A stretch of DNA of 64,000 nt, from assembly GCA_027858295.1 (NCBI GenBank), contig JAQICZ010000043.1, positions 23,699 through 87,698 of the forward strand, given 5' to 3'. The translations under genes were made by a program, and so were the position numbers. How positions within the stretch are numbered: position 1 is the stretch's first letter; every line of letters begins with the position of its first letter. Source of the DNA: Nanobdellota archaeon. Its GTDB lineage: Archaea; Nanobdellota; Nanobdellia; Pacearchaeales; GW2011-AR1. The notes under the pieces were generated by a model. It was not told the DNA's origin, searched no databases, and was given only the letters and a program-made list of their open reading frames with translations. Positions 27,517-37,262 of this stretch are shown here, piece after piece.

Positions 27517-27586
27517 AATGATTTGTTTTAAAAAGATTATTTTATCAATAATAAACTACTAACTGCTATGACGGGTTTACAACTTT

Positions 27587-28204
27587 TTATTGATGCTTGT
27601 TGTTGCTTCCAACCCTTTTTGTTTTTTCACCATCAATTAAAGGCTCTTCAACTGTGCAGGCACAGATGTGGCTAAGGCCTGGCTTTAATTCTGGCGAATC
27701 GGTATTGTATTCACAGCATTGGTCAAAAATAGACTGCTCAAAATTATCAAGAGGCTCACCTTCCAAAACAGCTTCTATAATTACGGCATCCATCAATAAA
27801 TCTGTGGCAGTTATTGCTGGTTCTTCTGGAAGCGGTGAGTTTTCCACCATTCCTTTCAGATACATTACCAATGAACAGAACCTATCCTTACAAGAACAGT
27901 TGTCGTAGTGAACTAAAAAACGTTGAGCATAAGCTTCTGAAATAACTTGCTCTAACTTTTCATCTTCTTTTTTTAATTCACTTTTTTTAGCCCTTTTCAT
28001 TTTTGCCAAATCGTAATCAGCATCTTCTCCAAAAATTACTCCAATGAAACCTTTACTTAAAAGGTCAATGCCTTCTCGATATGACTTCCAGGCCTGTTTT
28101 GCTTCTTCTTCTTTTACTAGGTTACCTACTTCTTTTGGCCACTCTGAAAATCCAACGATTTCAACTCCTTCGAGAACTGAATAATCAACTTTTGATTTTT
28201 TCAT
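27587..28204 (-). CDS. hypothetical Cys-containing protein
   Basis: 205-aa ORF, ATG start, TAA stop. Confidence 0.5.
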   Translation of the reverse strand: MKKSKVDYSVLEGVEIVGFSEWPKEVGNLVKEEEAKQAWKSYREGIDLLSKGFIGVIFGEDADYDLAKMKRAKKSELKKEDEKLEQVISEAYAQRFLVHYDNCSCKDRFCSLVMYLKGMVENSPLPEEPAITATDLLMDAVIIEAVLEGEPLDNFEQSIFDQCCEYNTDSPELKPGLSHICACTVEEPLIDGEKTKRVGSNNKHQ

Positions 28205-28356
28205 TTTGTTAAAATTTAAGTAAATTACAATTAATTTTATTTAAACTACCTCAATCACTTAAAGACCCATATACGTAATTCTCACCCGTAAATCTGATTA
28301 CGTGTTTTGGCTTTGAGCTATTTTTATTATTCATTATAAAACTCCTTCTTTAATAA

Positions 28357-28800
28357 TTAAATTATTTCTTTTACATAAACGTGACCTTTTTTGTCGACAA
28401 ATTCAAAGAAAATAATCCTCCCCATTTTTACAAGCAAGTATTCATTTCCTTTTGTTTTGTAGGTCCCGAATATTTTTCCTGTGCCAATAAAGTATCCTGA
28501 GACCATGTAACGCTTCTCTACATTTGCCTCTAGATTTGTAACAATATTGGGAGTACAATCTCTTCTGGTCAAAGTGCCTTCTATTGAAGAATCAAAATTT
28601 TCCCTTGTTGCTGCATTGAAAAATGAGATTGGAGTTGGGATTTCCATGATTAGGCGATCAAAAGAATACCTTTTTAACTCGAACATTTTTTCCAAGACTT
28701 CCTCTGACATCATTTCAAATTCTGGAACAATACGGAGAGTTGGCCTTTCCAACTTTGAGGTCATTGAATTTTTTGAGATTTTTTTAAAATTGTGTTTCAT
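28357..28800 (-). CDS. hypothetical protein (distant paralog of 27070..27516)
   Basis: 147-aa ORF, ATG start, TAA stop. Confidence 0.5.
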   Translation of the reverse strand: MKHNFKKISKNSMTSKLERPTLRIVPEFEMMSEEVLEKMFELKRYSFDRLIMEIPTPISFFNAATRENFDSSIEGTLTRRDCTPNIVTNLEANVEKRYMVSGYFIGTGKIFGTYKTKGNEYLLVKMGRIIFFEFVDKKGHVYVKEII

Positions 28801-28872
28801 AAACGATTTTTAATAACATTGTAAAAAGCCTTGCTTGAAGAATCTCCAAACAAGACTTTGATTAATTACTGC

Positions 28873-29421
28873 CTAGGGATTGACAATTGCAGGTCTGCAG
28901 AACACGATGAGCTGATTTGTAGGGGTAAAGATTCTGCCTAAGCGCAGCCTTCCCGAAATCCTTGCAGAACCACGAACACTTGTAAAGTACCCTGCGAATT
29001 CTAGGTTTCTCAAAATTATTGAGATCTTTAATATTTCCTCTGGACTAAGATAGCCTATGATTAAATGATCTTGATGGATACTTGGCCAAGATGTGCCAAG
29101 AGACCTTGAATAGCTAACATAAGCCTGCAAAATTCTTAAATTGATATCATCACCGATAGGCATCCTATTGGGATCAATCTTAGAGGGTGGCTGCTGATTT
29201 TTGGTTAACCTTGCAACTATTCGTGCCTCTTCTAGTCTTTGATTCTTTCTCGATTTTACTATCAAATTAATACCTACTTCTATTGAGAATAATCCCAATA
29301 TAATAAGTACAAAGAAAACCGCGGATACACTTGAAGCGTTCACGCCAGATGCGATTAGCAGGATTCCCACTAAAAAGAGTCCTATACTCTTAAACCATAA
29401 AACAAAATTACTTCTATCCAT
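28873..29421 (-). CDS. hypothetical membrane protein
   Basis: 182 aa; two N-terminal TM helices. Confidence 0.5.
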   Translation of the reverse strand: MDRSNFVLWFKSIGLFLVGILLIASGVNASSVSAVFFVLIILGLFSIEVGINLIVKSRKNQRLEEARIVARLTKNQQPPSKIDPNRMPIGDDINLRILQAYVSYSRSLGTSWPSIHQDHLIIGYLSPEEILKISIILRNLEFAGYFTSVRGSARISGRLRLGRIFTPTNQLIVFCRPAIVNP

Positions 29422-29459
29422 TTTTTCTATTTTTAGAGTTTTGAAAATTATTTTTTGAA

Positions 29460-29795
29460 TTAAAAATTCTTAGATATCCAACTGGATGTCTTTGGAAAGT
29501 TTTCTTTAAAGTTCTGCTTTCGAGACAGACGCTTCAGGTATATGATGATTTTAATAGATACAGGAATCACCATTAACCAAAGAATAGAAAGGATTAGGGC
29601 TGATACACTTTCCGTATTTATTATGTTCCCCTTGAACATATTTCTTGGCTCAGGTAAATTCCCCGTCTGCCAAAAAATTATCACAATAATTCCCCTCTGA
29701 GCTGCCGCTATAATAGAGAAAGCCCCATAGTAAAGGAATATCTTTATCAAAAACCTTCCAATCTTTTTTAGAAATTCTTTGAGTTTTTCTATCAT
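29460..29795 (-). CDS. hypothetical membrane protein
   Basis: 111 aa; 2-3 TM helices. Confidence 0.5.
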   Translation of the reverse strand: MIEKLKEFLKKIGRFLIKIFLYYGAFSIIAAAQRGIIVIIFWQTGNLPEPRNMFKGNIINTESVSALILSILWLMVIPVSIKIIIYLKRLSRKQNFKENFPKTSSWISKNF

Positions 29796-29881
29796 ACACT
29801 TTACTGTTTTTATTTTTTAGAATAAATATAATGCAAGGCCTCTTGCTTGACTTTATTTTTACTCTCCTACGAGCTGATTAT

Positions 29882-30670
29882 CTAATCAAAAGGAACTAAT
29901 GTCTCTGCTGTTTTTTTGAAAATAGAAATTGCTTTATCCAGCAAAGCTTCCTGCACTACTGTCCTTTTTTTAACAAAGATTGCTTCGTTTAGAAGGAGTC
30001 GGATTTCGGTATTATCATTCTCACCAACAAAGGCCTCTCCAAATTCATAACCAGCTCTAGATAGGGACATCGTTACCATATCTGTTTCTGGTGCATCAAT
30101 AAATTGAAGCAGGCCCAACTCTTTCAAAAAGATTGCGGTGGGATATTGAGATTCTGTCTTTTTCATTATTTTCATATAGGGATAACCAGTCATTATCAAA
30201 GAGTTTTTATAATCTTTGTAGATTTCAATAAGAATCAAAAGGTGCCTGGAAAGGTGTTCTCTTTCTTCTTTTGAATCAAAGGTATCTGCAAATTTTTTGG
30301 CATCTTCATCTAAGGGTTGATTCCATTCGTCTGCCCTTCCTGGATTGTTTATACACCACATACTTTTTGCTAGAGTATCTAGTTCATTCAAATGCTCTCC
30401 CTTTTCTGTAAAAGTAATTTTCTGCTGTAACACTTTAAAATAAAGGTCAAGTGGTGAGCTGTTCAAAAGAATACTCTCGGATATCGGGATTGCTTTTTCA
30501 AGAACCTTAAATTTTTTATATGAACCAAGGATCTTAATGTACCCATTTTTTTTCAGAGACTTAAAATTTAAAGCATTCAACTTACCCTCTGCTTCTGTAA
30601 AGGTATTCACACCTTCTGCCTCCTTTATAATCAAATTAAAGAGACACACTATTGCCTCAGCAGCTTCCAA
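29882..30670 (-). CDS. hypothetical protein
   Basis: 262-aa ORF; track start is TTG and there is no nearby ATG, so the start is uncertain. Confidence 0.45.
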   Translation of the reverse strand: MEAAEAIVCLFNLIIKEAEGVNTFTEAEGKLNALNFKSLKKNGYIKILGSYKKFKVLEKAIPISESILLNSSPLDLYFKVLQQKITFTEKGEHLNELDTLAKSMWCINNPGRADEWNQPLDEDAKKFADTFDSKEEREHLSRHLLILIEIYKDYKNSLIMTGYPYMKIMKKTESQYPTAIFLKELGLLQFIDAPETDMVTMSLSRAGYEFGEAFVGENDNTEIRLLLNEAIFVKKRTVVQEALLDKAISIFKKTAETLVPFD

Positions 30671-30774
30671 TTTTTATGAATTTTTTGGAATTTTTTTTAG
30701 AAAGTTATTACTACAATTGTCAAAACATCAAGGAGAAACTTCCTGATGCTTTGACTCTAAAATATTAGAATATA

Positions 30775-31407
30775 CTATGAAGCTACTCTTTTTAGTCCTG
30801 GAAATTCTATTCTTCTTTTTACATAACATTCTATTGGGTCTGTTTTGGACAAAAGGGAATCTTTGAAATCCTCTTGAAGCATTCTAACTCCCACATAGCA
30901 TAGTGATTTTATACCAAGAGCATTCATTTTTGGATTTATTGCAACATCTACCAGCATTTCTTTTTTTGGAGATATTACTCTTTTATGTACGACATAGAAG
31001 AGTGATTTAATCAATGCATTGTCAACGACTGCATAACCTTGATATATATTCACCCACTTATGGTCGGCCATATATGATTCTAAAAATTTATACGCCCTTT
31101 CTTCTGAAATAATTATTTCCCTTTCAAGTTTAGAAACAACATCCTTCTTTGGCCATAGAGACTTGTTATGCAATGGCACAAAAACAGATCCTTCATGCTG
31201 GATAAAGAAATGAGCATCTAAAGAATAATGGGTTCTATCTATCCATCTATTTGCTGCTTCAATTTTATCCCACTCTTCATCCATTAAAGATTCCATTGTT
31301 TTTATAAAAAGCTCGCCCTTTGATCCTTGGATGTATTGATCAAGAGTTGCCTCTTTTTCCACTCGACCCTCGACCGTATCGGGTTTTAGTATTATAGAAT
31401 TTTCCAT
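30775..31407 (-). CDS. hypothetical protein
   Basis: 210-aa ORF, ATG start. Confidence 0.5.
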   Translation of the reverse strand: MENSIILKPDTVEGRVEKEATLDQYIQGSKGELFIKTMESLMDEEWDKIEAANRWIDRTHYSLDAHFFIQHEGSVFVPLHNKSLWPKKDVVSKLEREIIISEERAYKFLESYMADHKWVNIYQGYAVVDNALIKSLFYVVHKRVISPKKEMLVDVAINPKMNALGIKSLCYVGVRMLQEDFKDSLLSKTDPIECYVKRRIEFPGLKRVAS

Positions 31408-31420
31408 CTTTACTATTATT

Positions 31421-31825
31421 TTAATTATTCAACTTTAACCAACCTGACTGTTCAATCATTGGCATCCACACCTTTTCTTCTCTCTGTTTTGGTGTGAATT
31501 CCTGGTATGCGGTTGCAACATGGTCATGGCTCTCGAAGAACCTGACTTGGATGTATGGATTGTTTCTCTCCAAGTTTATGCCGTAATCTACTTGACAACC
31601 GGTATTGTGAAATTCGGTTGTTGCAAAATCAAATTTAATATTTGATAGGCTAAACTCTGCGGTATCGTTGATGGCGGCCATTTCAACATAACCTAAATTA
31701 CCACCTTTCATCTCGCGGATATCTTTAAACTTATCGCTGCCAATAGTCAGGCCAACTAAGAAAGATATCACTCCTGTGATTAATACTGTGATTAATACTG
31801 TGATTAATATTTGATTTGTTTTCAT
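31421..31825 (-). CDS. hypothetical N-terminally anchored protein (TM helix encoded by a 12-nt tandem repeat)
   Basis: 134 aa; ILITVLITVLITGV encoded by three tgtgattaatac units at 31775-31810. Confidence 0.55.
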   Translation of the reverse strand: MKTNQILITVLITVLITGVISFLVGLTIGSDKFKDIREMKGGNLGYVEMAAINDTAEFSLSNIKFDFATTEFHNTGCQVDYGINLERNNPYIQVRFFESHDHVATAYQEFTPKQREEKVWMPMIEQSGWLKLNN

Positions 31826-31847
31826 CTTTTGTTTTTTTGTCCATTAT

Positions 31848-32459
31848 TTACTTTTTATTCTGCTCTTTTTCAAGGAGAGCTACGAATTCTAAGTATTCTG
31901 AATCTTTTTCAAGATTAGTAAAATCTGCTTCAAAGGTAGCACCCTCATAGTTGCAAGAGAAGGTAGCCCAATCATCACCAGTTGCAGCATCGATGTTCGT
32001 TTTTCCTTCTTTTGTTAAATACGACTGAATCAAAATCTTTGCTGCTATAGTAGAATTATTTGCTTCACTCTGGGCGGCAGAGATTGCTCTTGTGTCTTCC
32101 TCTGTTAAAGGGCCAACAATTTTACATTTTCTTATTGAATCTTTGCTTTTGAACTTGTACCTTTCGGTTGTAAGTAGAGTAAATTCATCTGACGCCTTAT
32201 TGTAGTCTGTTGAATATACTAAAACACCTTCATAATACAGGGACCATTGTTGCCTATTCAGTGAAGTTGTTTCAATAACTTCTGCCGGGTACTCTTCATA
32301 AGCTATGTAGACAATATCTACAAAGTCATCACAATAATGATACTCTGTTTTTACCTCTGAGTTAACAACTTTTTTTTGGATTTTTTTCGCTGAATCCTGA
32401 GCGCTAACTGTTAGTGCTGAAAGGATTGCTACTGTTACTAATAAAATAAGATTTTTCAT
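31848..32459 (-). CDS. hypothetical secreted protein
   Basis: 203 aa; signal peptide MKNLILLVTVAILSALTVSAQ. Confidence 0.6.
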   Translation of the reverse strand: MKNLILLVTVAILSALTVSAQDSAKKIQKKVVNSEVKTEYHYCDDFVDIVYIAYEEYPAEVIETTSLNRQQWSLYYEGVLVYSTDYNKASDEFTLLTTERYKFKSKDSIRKCKIVGPLTEEDTRAISAAQSEANNSTIAAKILIQSYLTKEGKTNIDAATGDDWATFSCNYEGATFEADFTNLEKDSEYLEFVALLEKEQNKK

Positions 32460-32565
32460 AATGTTTTTTTTAGAAAAATCAGCAGATGAGCAATTAATTT
32501 AGTTAACCTAAGACAGTTGCTTGTCTGCTGACTTTTTTATTATTAATATTGATTTGTTTATTTAA

Positions 32566-32946
32566 CTAAGCTGCGAAAGATGGCAATTTCCACATTTTGT
32601 ACTCTTTAATTGGCTCTCCATGAATCGATGCCAAAATCCCTCCTAGCAAAAATGCCTTTTGAAACTCAAATTCTCCGTTGGGTGCTTTGAACCAGCATTC
32701 TTCTTCAATCTTGAAAATCATTTTTTTTCCAGCTATTGACTTTAATACTAAACCGGATGGGTATACTGTGCAACCAGCAAATTCGGTGCTTTCATTTGGA
32801 TCGGTTAGCTCTAAACCGTTTAATTGAACTTTCAGATTACCACCTTTGTTTGTGTAAATTTTCAAACCCACTTCTTTGTCTTCGAAACGAACTTTTCTTC
32901 CTTTTACTTCTATCTCAGTTACCATGTTTACATTTAAATTTTTCAT
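32566..32946 (-). CDS. hypothetical protein
   Basis: 126-aa ORF, ATG start. Confidence 0.5.
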   Translation of the reverse strand: MKNLNVNMVTEIEVKGRKVRFEDKEVGLKIYTNKGGNLKVQLNGLELTDPNESTEFAGCTVYPSGLVLKSIAGKKMIFKIEEECWFKAPNGEFEFQKAFLLGGILASIHGEPIKEYKMWKLPSFAA

Positions 32947-33000
32947 CTTGTTTTGTTTTAGAAATTTAATTAATTTGATTATACAAAATACTTCTTTTGT

Positions 33001-33516
33001 TTATTTTTTATTTGCTCCGATAAACCCTTCGGAAACATGATAAGTTATTCCATTACAAACAACCTTTGAGTCAAACCCAGAACCTATACTCAGAACTTCG
33101 TAACCCTTTGCCCTGAATGAGACACAAGCGGAGTCCAAGTTTTCTTTAGATATTTTTCTTGCGTTGTCGTATTTTGATATAGATAAGGCTCCTCTGTGAT
33201 CGAAGACGGTTTTTGCGTTTGCTGAATCTGACCTTACAATCTCAACCATATAAGATAGGGTTATATATCCGGCTGGGGAACATTCTAGATTAACCTCTGG
33301 CCAGCTATACTCTGCTGGATAAAGACGTTTTAATTCGTCACCAACTTTTGCCGAGAAAACGTTTGCAACTTTATGCAAATTATCTCCATTATTGTTTTTG
33401 GCTGTTCTTGATACACTTACCGTTGTTAGCACTTGGGCATCTTCTGTAAATACTTGGGCACTTACAGTGAAGATTAAAGCCAAGATTATAACTGATGTTA
33501 ATATTAATTTTTTCAT
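33001..33516 (-). CDS. hypothetical secreted protein
   Basis: 171 aa; signal peptide MKKLILTSVIILALIFTVSAQ. Confidence 0.6.
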   Translation of the reverse strand: MKKLILTSVIILALIFTVSAQVFTEDAQVLTTVSVSRTAKNNNGDNLHKVANVFSAKVGDELKRLYPAEYSWPEVNLECSPAGYITLSYMVEIVRSDSANAKTVFDHRGALSISKYDNARKISKENLDSACVSFRAKGYEVLSIGSGFDSKVVCNGITYHVSEGFIGANKK

Positions 33517-33544
33517 AATCTGTTTTTATTATTATTAATTTTTG

Positions 33545-33626
33545 TTCGCCGTCCGCTCAAGGATTGATAGGTTTAGTTATCGCTCCGGGCGGGGGTGAAT
33601 ATTGTGCTACTGTTTAAAATAGATTG
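33545..33626 (-). repeat. R1 junction element copy g (with TATA-like box)
   Basis: TTCGCCGTCCGCTCAAGGATTGATAGGTTTAGTTATCGCTCCGGGCGGGGGTGAA, then GTGCTACTGTTTAAAATAGATTG; 29 nt from the ATG at 33516. Confidence 0.85.
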
Positions 33627-33722
33627 AAGATTATTATTTATTAATATTAAATTTTTTATGATTTATTTTTTTAGAAATTTACCACTTGTTTTAACTCCTA
33701 GTGGGAAGGAGTTAATAGATAT

Positions 33723-34370
33723 TCAAAAATTAAACACATGCTTTTCGTTTAGTTCTGATATTAATTCATCAATAGCCAAATCTATCCTCAAAGATAGCTC
33801 AAAATATGCATTTTTCTTTTCTGTTTTTATACCTTCGAATACTGATTTAAAGGAAGTCATCATATACAATCTCTGTGTTGTCAATTTGACTCCTCCAGAA
33901 ATGGCTTCTTCAAAACCCTCAAGGTGTTTATTTATTTTACCTTGATACTTTGGCATTCCGAGGGCGGCATACCCAACCTCTTTCCGAATATTCGTCAAAT
34001 ACGCCTCGAAATTATTCGTGAGGGTTTTTTTAATCCAATATCTTGAGGACATTTTAAAATTAAGGTTTTGATTAATTACTAACCCCCAACTACTTGTGGA
34101 GCAGGTTGCAGAGTTCTTACCCCACTTCTTTACGACCCTGCAGTTCCCTGAGGAGACATACACTCCTGGGACAGATAACTGTCTTGAATGTTCTTCTGGA
34201 AAGACCACTAAGCCCTGAGTGCTATCGGCAGGAATAATCTGGTGCCACTTGTTTATTTTGAAGATTGGACCCTTTTCTTTAACTCGTATATAAATCCTAC
34301 CTATTGATTCCTGTATGTCATCTGCAAAATGCAGTATGTTATTTTTTGACTCAATTGTTGTTGCATTCAT
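33723..34370 (-). CDS. hypothetical protein
   Basis: 215-aa ORF, ATG start. Confidence 0.55.
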   Translation of the reverse strand: MNATTIESKNNILHFADDIQESIGRIYIRVKEKGPIFKINKWHQIIPADSTQGLVVFPEEHSRQLSVPGVYVSSGNCRVVKKWGKNSATCSTSSWGLVINQNLNFKMSSRYWIKKTLTNNFEAYLTNIRKEVGYAALGMPKYQGKINKHLEGFEEAISGGVKLTTQRLYMMTSFKSVFEGIKTEKKNAYFELSLRIDLAIDELISELNEKHVFNF

Positions 34371-34424
34371 AATATTAATTTTTTAATTTGTTTTAGAAAT
34401 TATTGTTGTTATCTATAAAATTAC

Positions 34425-34506
34425 TTCTCCCCCCGCTTGAGAATAATAACGTAATGTTATCCCTCAAAGTGCGGGAAAATATTGAGCTACTGTTTTATAA
34501 AGATTG
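34425..34506 (-). repeat. R1 junction element copy h
   Basis: TTCTCCCCCCGCTTGAG...GTTATCCCTCAAAGTGCGGGAAAATATTGAGCTACTGTTTTATAAAGATTG; ends 1 nt before the upstream stop codon (34508-34510). Confidence 0.75.
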
Positions 34507-34507
34507 A

Positions 34508-34873
34508 TTAATGTTTAACTCCACTCTGCCATGCCTTGTATTCTTGATTTCTCTGGTTTTCTTCAGCGCCCCTTTGAAATTGCGCTGTTTGTTCTATAAC
34601 CCACTCTGCATCTTCATATAATTCACTTGGGTATTTTGGACGGTCGGTGAAATATATAGATAATTCATCTTGGGTCATTTCAGCTAAGAATTCTTCGAAT
34701 TCTTGAACTTCCGTCTCGTATTCCTCTTGTAAATTTAGAAAATATTCTGATTGTTTATCTATTGGTTTCTTTCTTAACTCGAAGTCTAGATCAATGTGAC
34801 CTATTATTACTACTCCATTTGCTGAACCGTTTCCACCTTGTGTACTTTGGTTTGAATTATTTGAAATCTTCAT
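34508..34873 (-). CDS. QGGNG-N-terminus family protein 1
   Basis: 121 aa; MKISNNSNQSTQGGNGSANGVVIIGHIDLDFE...; N-terminal module shared with 36462, 38746 and 39128. Confidence 0.6.
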   Translation of the reverse strand: MKISNNSNQSTQGGNGSANGVVIIGHIDLDFELRKKPIDKQSEYFLNLQEEYETEVQEFEEFLAEMTQDELSIYFTDRPKYPSELYEDAEWVIEQTAQFQRGAEENQRNQEYKAWQSGVKH

Positions 34874-35042
34874 AACGTTTATTTTTACTTATGTTAAAAA
34901 ACCAACCCTCCTCAAAAATTAATAAGTTAGGCTGATGAATAGATCTTATTATTAGTTCATATAAATGCCGAAATAAAAATTTATTCCTTTTTTCATAACA
35001 TTTAAACTTTAGTTGATTTTTGAACTTTCTTTACTTAATTAC

Positions 35043-35112
35043 TTCGCCGTCCGCTCAAGAATTGACAGGTTTAGTTATCGCTCCGGTGCGTGCAGGTTTT
35101 GATTACTTCACC
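35043..35112 (-). repeat. R1 junction element copy i
   Basis: TTCGCCGTCCGCTCAAGAATTGACAGGTTTAGTTATCGCTCCGGTGCGTGCAGGTTTTGATTACT. Confidence 0.85.
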
Positions 35113-35187
35113 TAATTTATTGCTTGCGCAGCCTCTTGAGTAATTTAAAGAACGCTGAGGATTTGAGTTATTTTATGTTATTTCTAA

Positions 35188-35577
35188 TTAAAGATATTGG
35201 AGTTGTTTAAAGAGTTCCTCAACTTCCATTATTTCATCATCTTCAAACATTAGGGGCCATTCTTTACGAAGGTTATCGCCGGTTTTTAATTTGCCGTCTT
35301 TTCCTGTGAATTCCCAGGTGTGCCTTACAATAAAAAGGGCGTCCTTAATCATGACCTTTGCCATTAGGTGTCCTTTATTCTTAAACAATCCTTTTTCCTG
35401 TAATTCTTTAACAAAGAATAAGAAATCGACTTCTGCTAGAACAAATTGAGAAACATCGCGGTTTTTGAACATATTATTCAATCCTTCAATGTAGTTTTCA
35501 GCAATTGTTACCAGCTCTTTCATTTTGTCAGTACCACTTCTTTGTACTAATTCTTTAAGTTGTTGAATTTTGTTCAT
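35188..35577 (-). CDS. hypothetical protein
   Basis: 129-aa ORF, ATG start. Confidence 0.5.
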   Translation of the reverse strand: MNKIQQLKELVQRSGTDKMKELVTIAENYIEGLNNMFKNRDVSQFVLAEVDFLFFVKELQEKGLFKNKGHLMAKVMIKDALFIVRHTWEFTGKDGKLKTGDNLRKEWPLMFEDDEIMEVEELFKQLQYL

Positions 35578-35610
35578 GCTGTCCTTTTTTTATAATTAAT
35601 ACTTATTAGC

Positions 35611-35687
35611 TTCTAAGAGAAATTGATAGCTTTAGTTATCGCTTCTGGGCGGGGGGTGAAGATTGTGCTACTATTTTAAATAGATTG
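35611..35687 (-). repeat. R1 junction element copy j (left arm degenerate)
   Basis: AATTGATAGCTTTAGTTATCGCTTCTGGGCGGGGGGTGAAGATTGTGCTACTATTTTAAATAGATTG. Confidence 0.8.
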
Positions 35688-35707
35688 AATACTATTATTT
35701 ATTAATT

Positions 35708-36322
35708 CTAATAATAGTCTAATAATACTTCCTCAATTCTCATTGACAACTTTTTTGCTTCTTCGGACATATAAATCCTTTTGTTTTTTGATAGCAATAA
35801 TTTACTTATTAAATCTATTCCCTTTCTGGTTCCGAGTACCCCTTCTTCATGTGATTGGTATGAACTATACTCCCCTTCTGGTGTTCTATTAAAAAATGTG
35901 CCTTCTCTATTTAGATACACCCTCACACTACTTTCAGAACGACCTGAAGCCTTAATAACTTTATTCTCCGAATAAAGAATGTCTACCGATTGGTCATCTT
36001 TGTATAAATACAACTCCTGCAGAATTAATTCATCTTTAATTTGTCTCCTGAAGACCAGGTGATCTTTATCATTGATATAAACCTCCCAGTATTCTTCGGG
36101 TCTATTAAGATTATTCAGCTGCTGTTCAAAAAAATTGTTTTCTTTTTTGAGACTACTAATTGTCTCTTTGGTTCTCGAATTAATTGAAGTATTTTCCAAC
36201 TCCAATCTTTTCACTGTTGTTTTATATTCACTTACCTGCTTTTCTAATGAAGCAAGTTTTTCTTTATTGCAACTGGTGAGAGTTACTAATAAGATTGCTA
36301 TGGTTACTAATATTGTTTTCAT
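35708..36322 (-). CDS. putative lipoprotein with coiled-coil region
   Basis: 204 aa; MKTILVTIAILLVTLTSC (lipobox-like LTSC). Confidence 0.55.
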   Translation of the reverse strand: MKTILVTIAILLVTLTSCNKEKLASLEKQVSEYKTTVKRLELENTSINSRTKETISSLKKENNFFEQQLNNLNRPEEYWEVYINDKDHLVFRRQIKDELILQELYLYKDDQSVDILYSENKVIKASGRSESSVRVYLNREGTFFNRTPEGEYSSYQSHEEGVLGTRKGIDLISKLLLSKNKRIYMSEEAKKLSMRIEEVLLDYY

Positions 36323-36371
36323 CTTTTTTAATTTTGTGCATTATAATTATTTAGTTAACTTTAAAACATTG

Positions 36372-36450
36372 TTAGCCGTCCGCTCAAAAATTGATAGGTT
36401 TAGTTATCGCTCCGGGCGGGGGTGAAGATTGGATTGCTGCTTGTAAATAT
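36372..36450 (-). repeat. R1 junction element copy k
   Basis: TTAGCCGTCCGCTCAAAAATTGATAGGTTTAGTTATCGCTCCGGGCGGGGGTGAAGATTGG. Confidence 0.85.
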
Positions 36451-36461
36451 TTAAGTGTTGG

Positions 36462-36776
36462 TTAAAATATTAGGTGAAATAATCCAAAATTCATTAGTAC
36501 TGAATAGAGTAAATAAATTAGGATTTGTATTAAATTTATTTTTTTACATTGCAGACAGATGAACAATCCGACTAGAAGGATATTGAAGATTACTCCTATT
36601 AACGGGACCACCCAAGATTCCCAACCATAATCCATTTGACTAACTGATTCTGCTCCCATTGCAAGTACAGAGATTAACATCATTGCCGCAAAAGCTTCCC
36701 AACTTATTTTATGGGCCTTGCTTTTAGAACCATTTCCACCTTGTGGGTTTTGGTTTGTTGTTGAATTTTTGTTCAT
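36462..36776 (-). CDS. QGGNG-N-terminus family protein 2 (membrane)
   Basis: 104 aa; MNKNSTTNQNPQGGNGSKSK followed by hydrophobic helices. Confidence 0.55.
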   Translation of the reverse strand: MNKNSTTNQNPQGGNGSKSKAHKISWEAFAAMMLISVLAMGAESVSQMDYGWESWVVPLIGVIFNILLVGLFICLQCKKINLIQILIYLLYSVLMNFGLFHLIF

Positions 36777-36806
36777 TTTGTTTTATTTTATTATTATCAA
36801 TTTTTC

Positions 36807-36872
36807 TTCGCCGTCCGTTCATAATTGATAGGTTTAGTTATCGCTCGCTGTGCGTGCAGGTTTTGATTACTG
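36807..36872 (-). repeat. R1 junction element copy l
   Basis: TTCGCCGTCCGTTCATAATTGATAGGTTTAGTTATCGCTCGCTGTGCGTGCAGGTTTTGATTACT; 31 nt from the ATG at 36776. Confidence 0.85.
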
Positions 36873-37220
36873 GTTTACAGGTAAAGACTCTTTTCTCTTA
36901 TCTTCTTTGTTCCATTCTATCCAGTTTTTGATATTGATTCCGAAAATTAGAATTGAGAACATTATTATAACATATGATTCCATCATATATCCCATACCTA
37001 GATTGGCGATTATGCCGATACCATAAAAAACAAATGCTACTTTCTTCTTTTTTTTCAAAAGTATTTGTGTGGATAAAATAAAGAATATACTTACAAAGTC
37101 TAGAAAGTGGAATTGGGAAATTTTTTCTTTATGAATCCCTGGAAGAATTTCGAGATAAGCTAAAATGAGTGCAAATGCTACAAAGAGCGTACTTAAGATT
37201 ATTGCTTTTTTCATAATCAT
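36867..37220 (-). CDS. hypothetical multi-pass membrane protein
   Basis: 117 aa; 3-4 TM helices. Confidence 0.55.
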   Translation of the reverse strand: MIMKKAIILSTLFVAFALILAYLEILPGIHKEKISQFHFLDFVSIFFILSTQILLKKKKKVAFVFYGIGIIANLGMGYMMESYVIIMFSILIFGINIKNWIEWNKEDKRKESLPVNQ

Positions 37221-37262
37221 AAATTTTAGAAATTGTTATTATATTATTAACTGTAAAAATAC

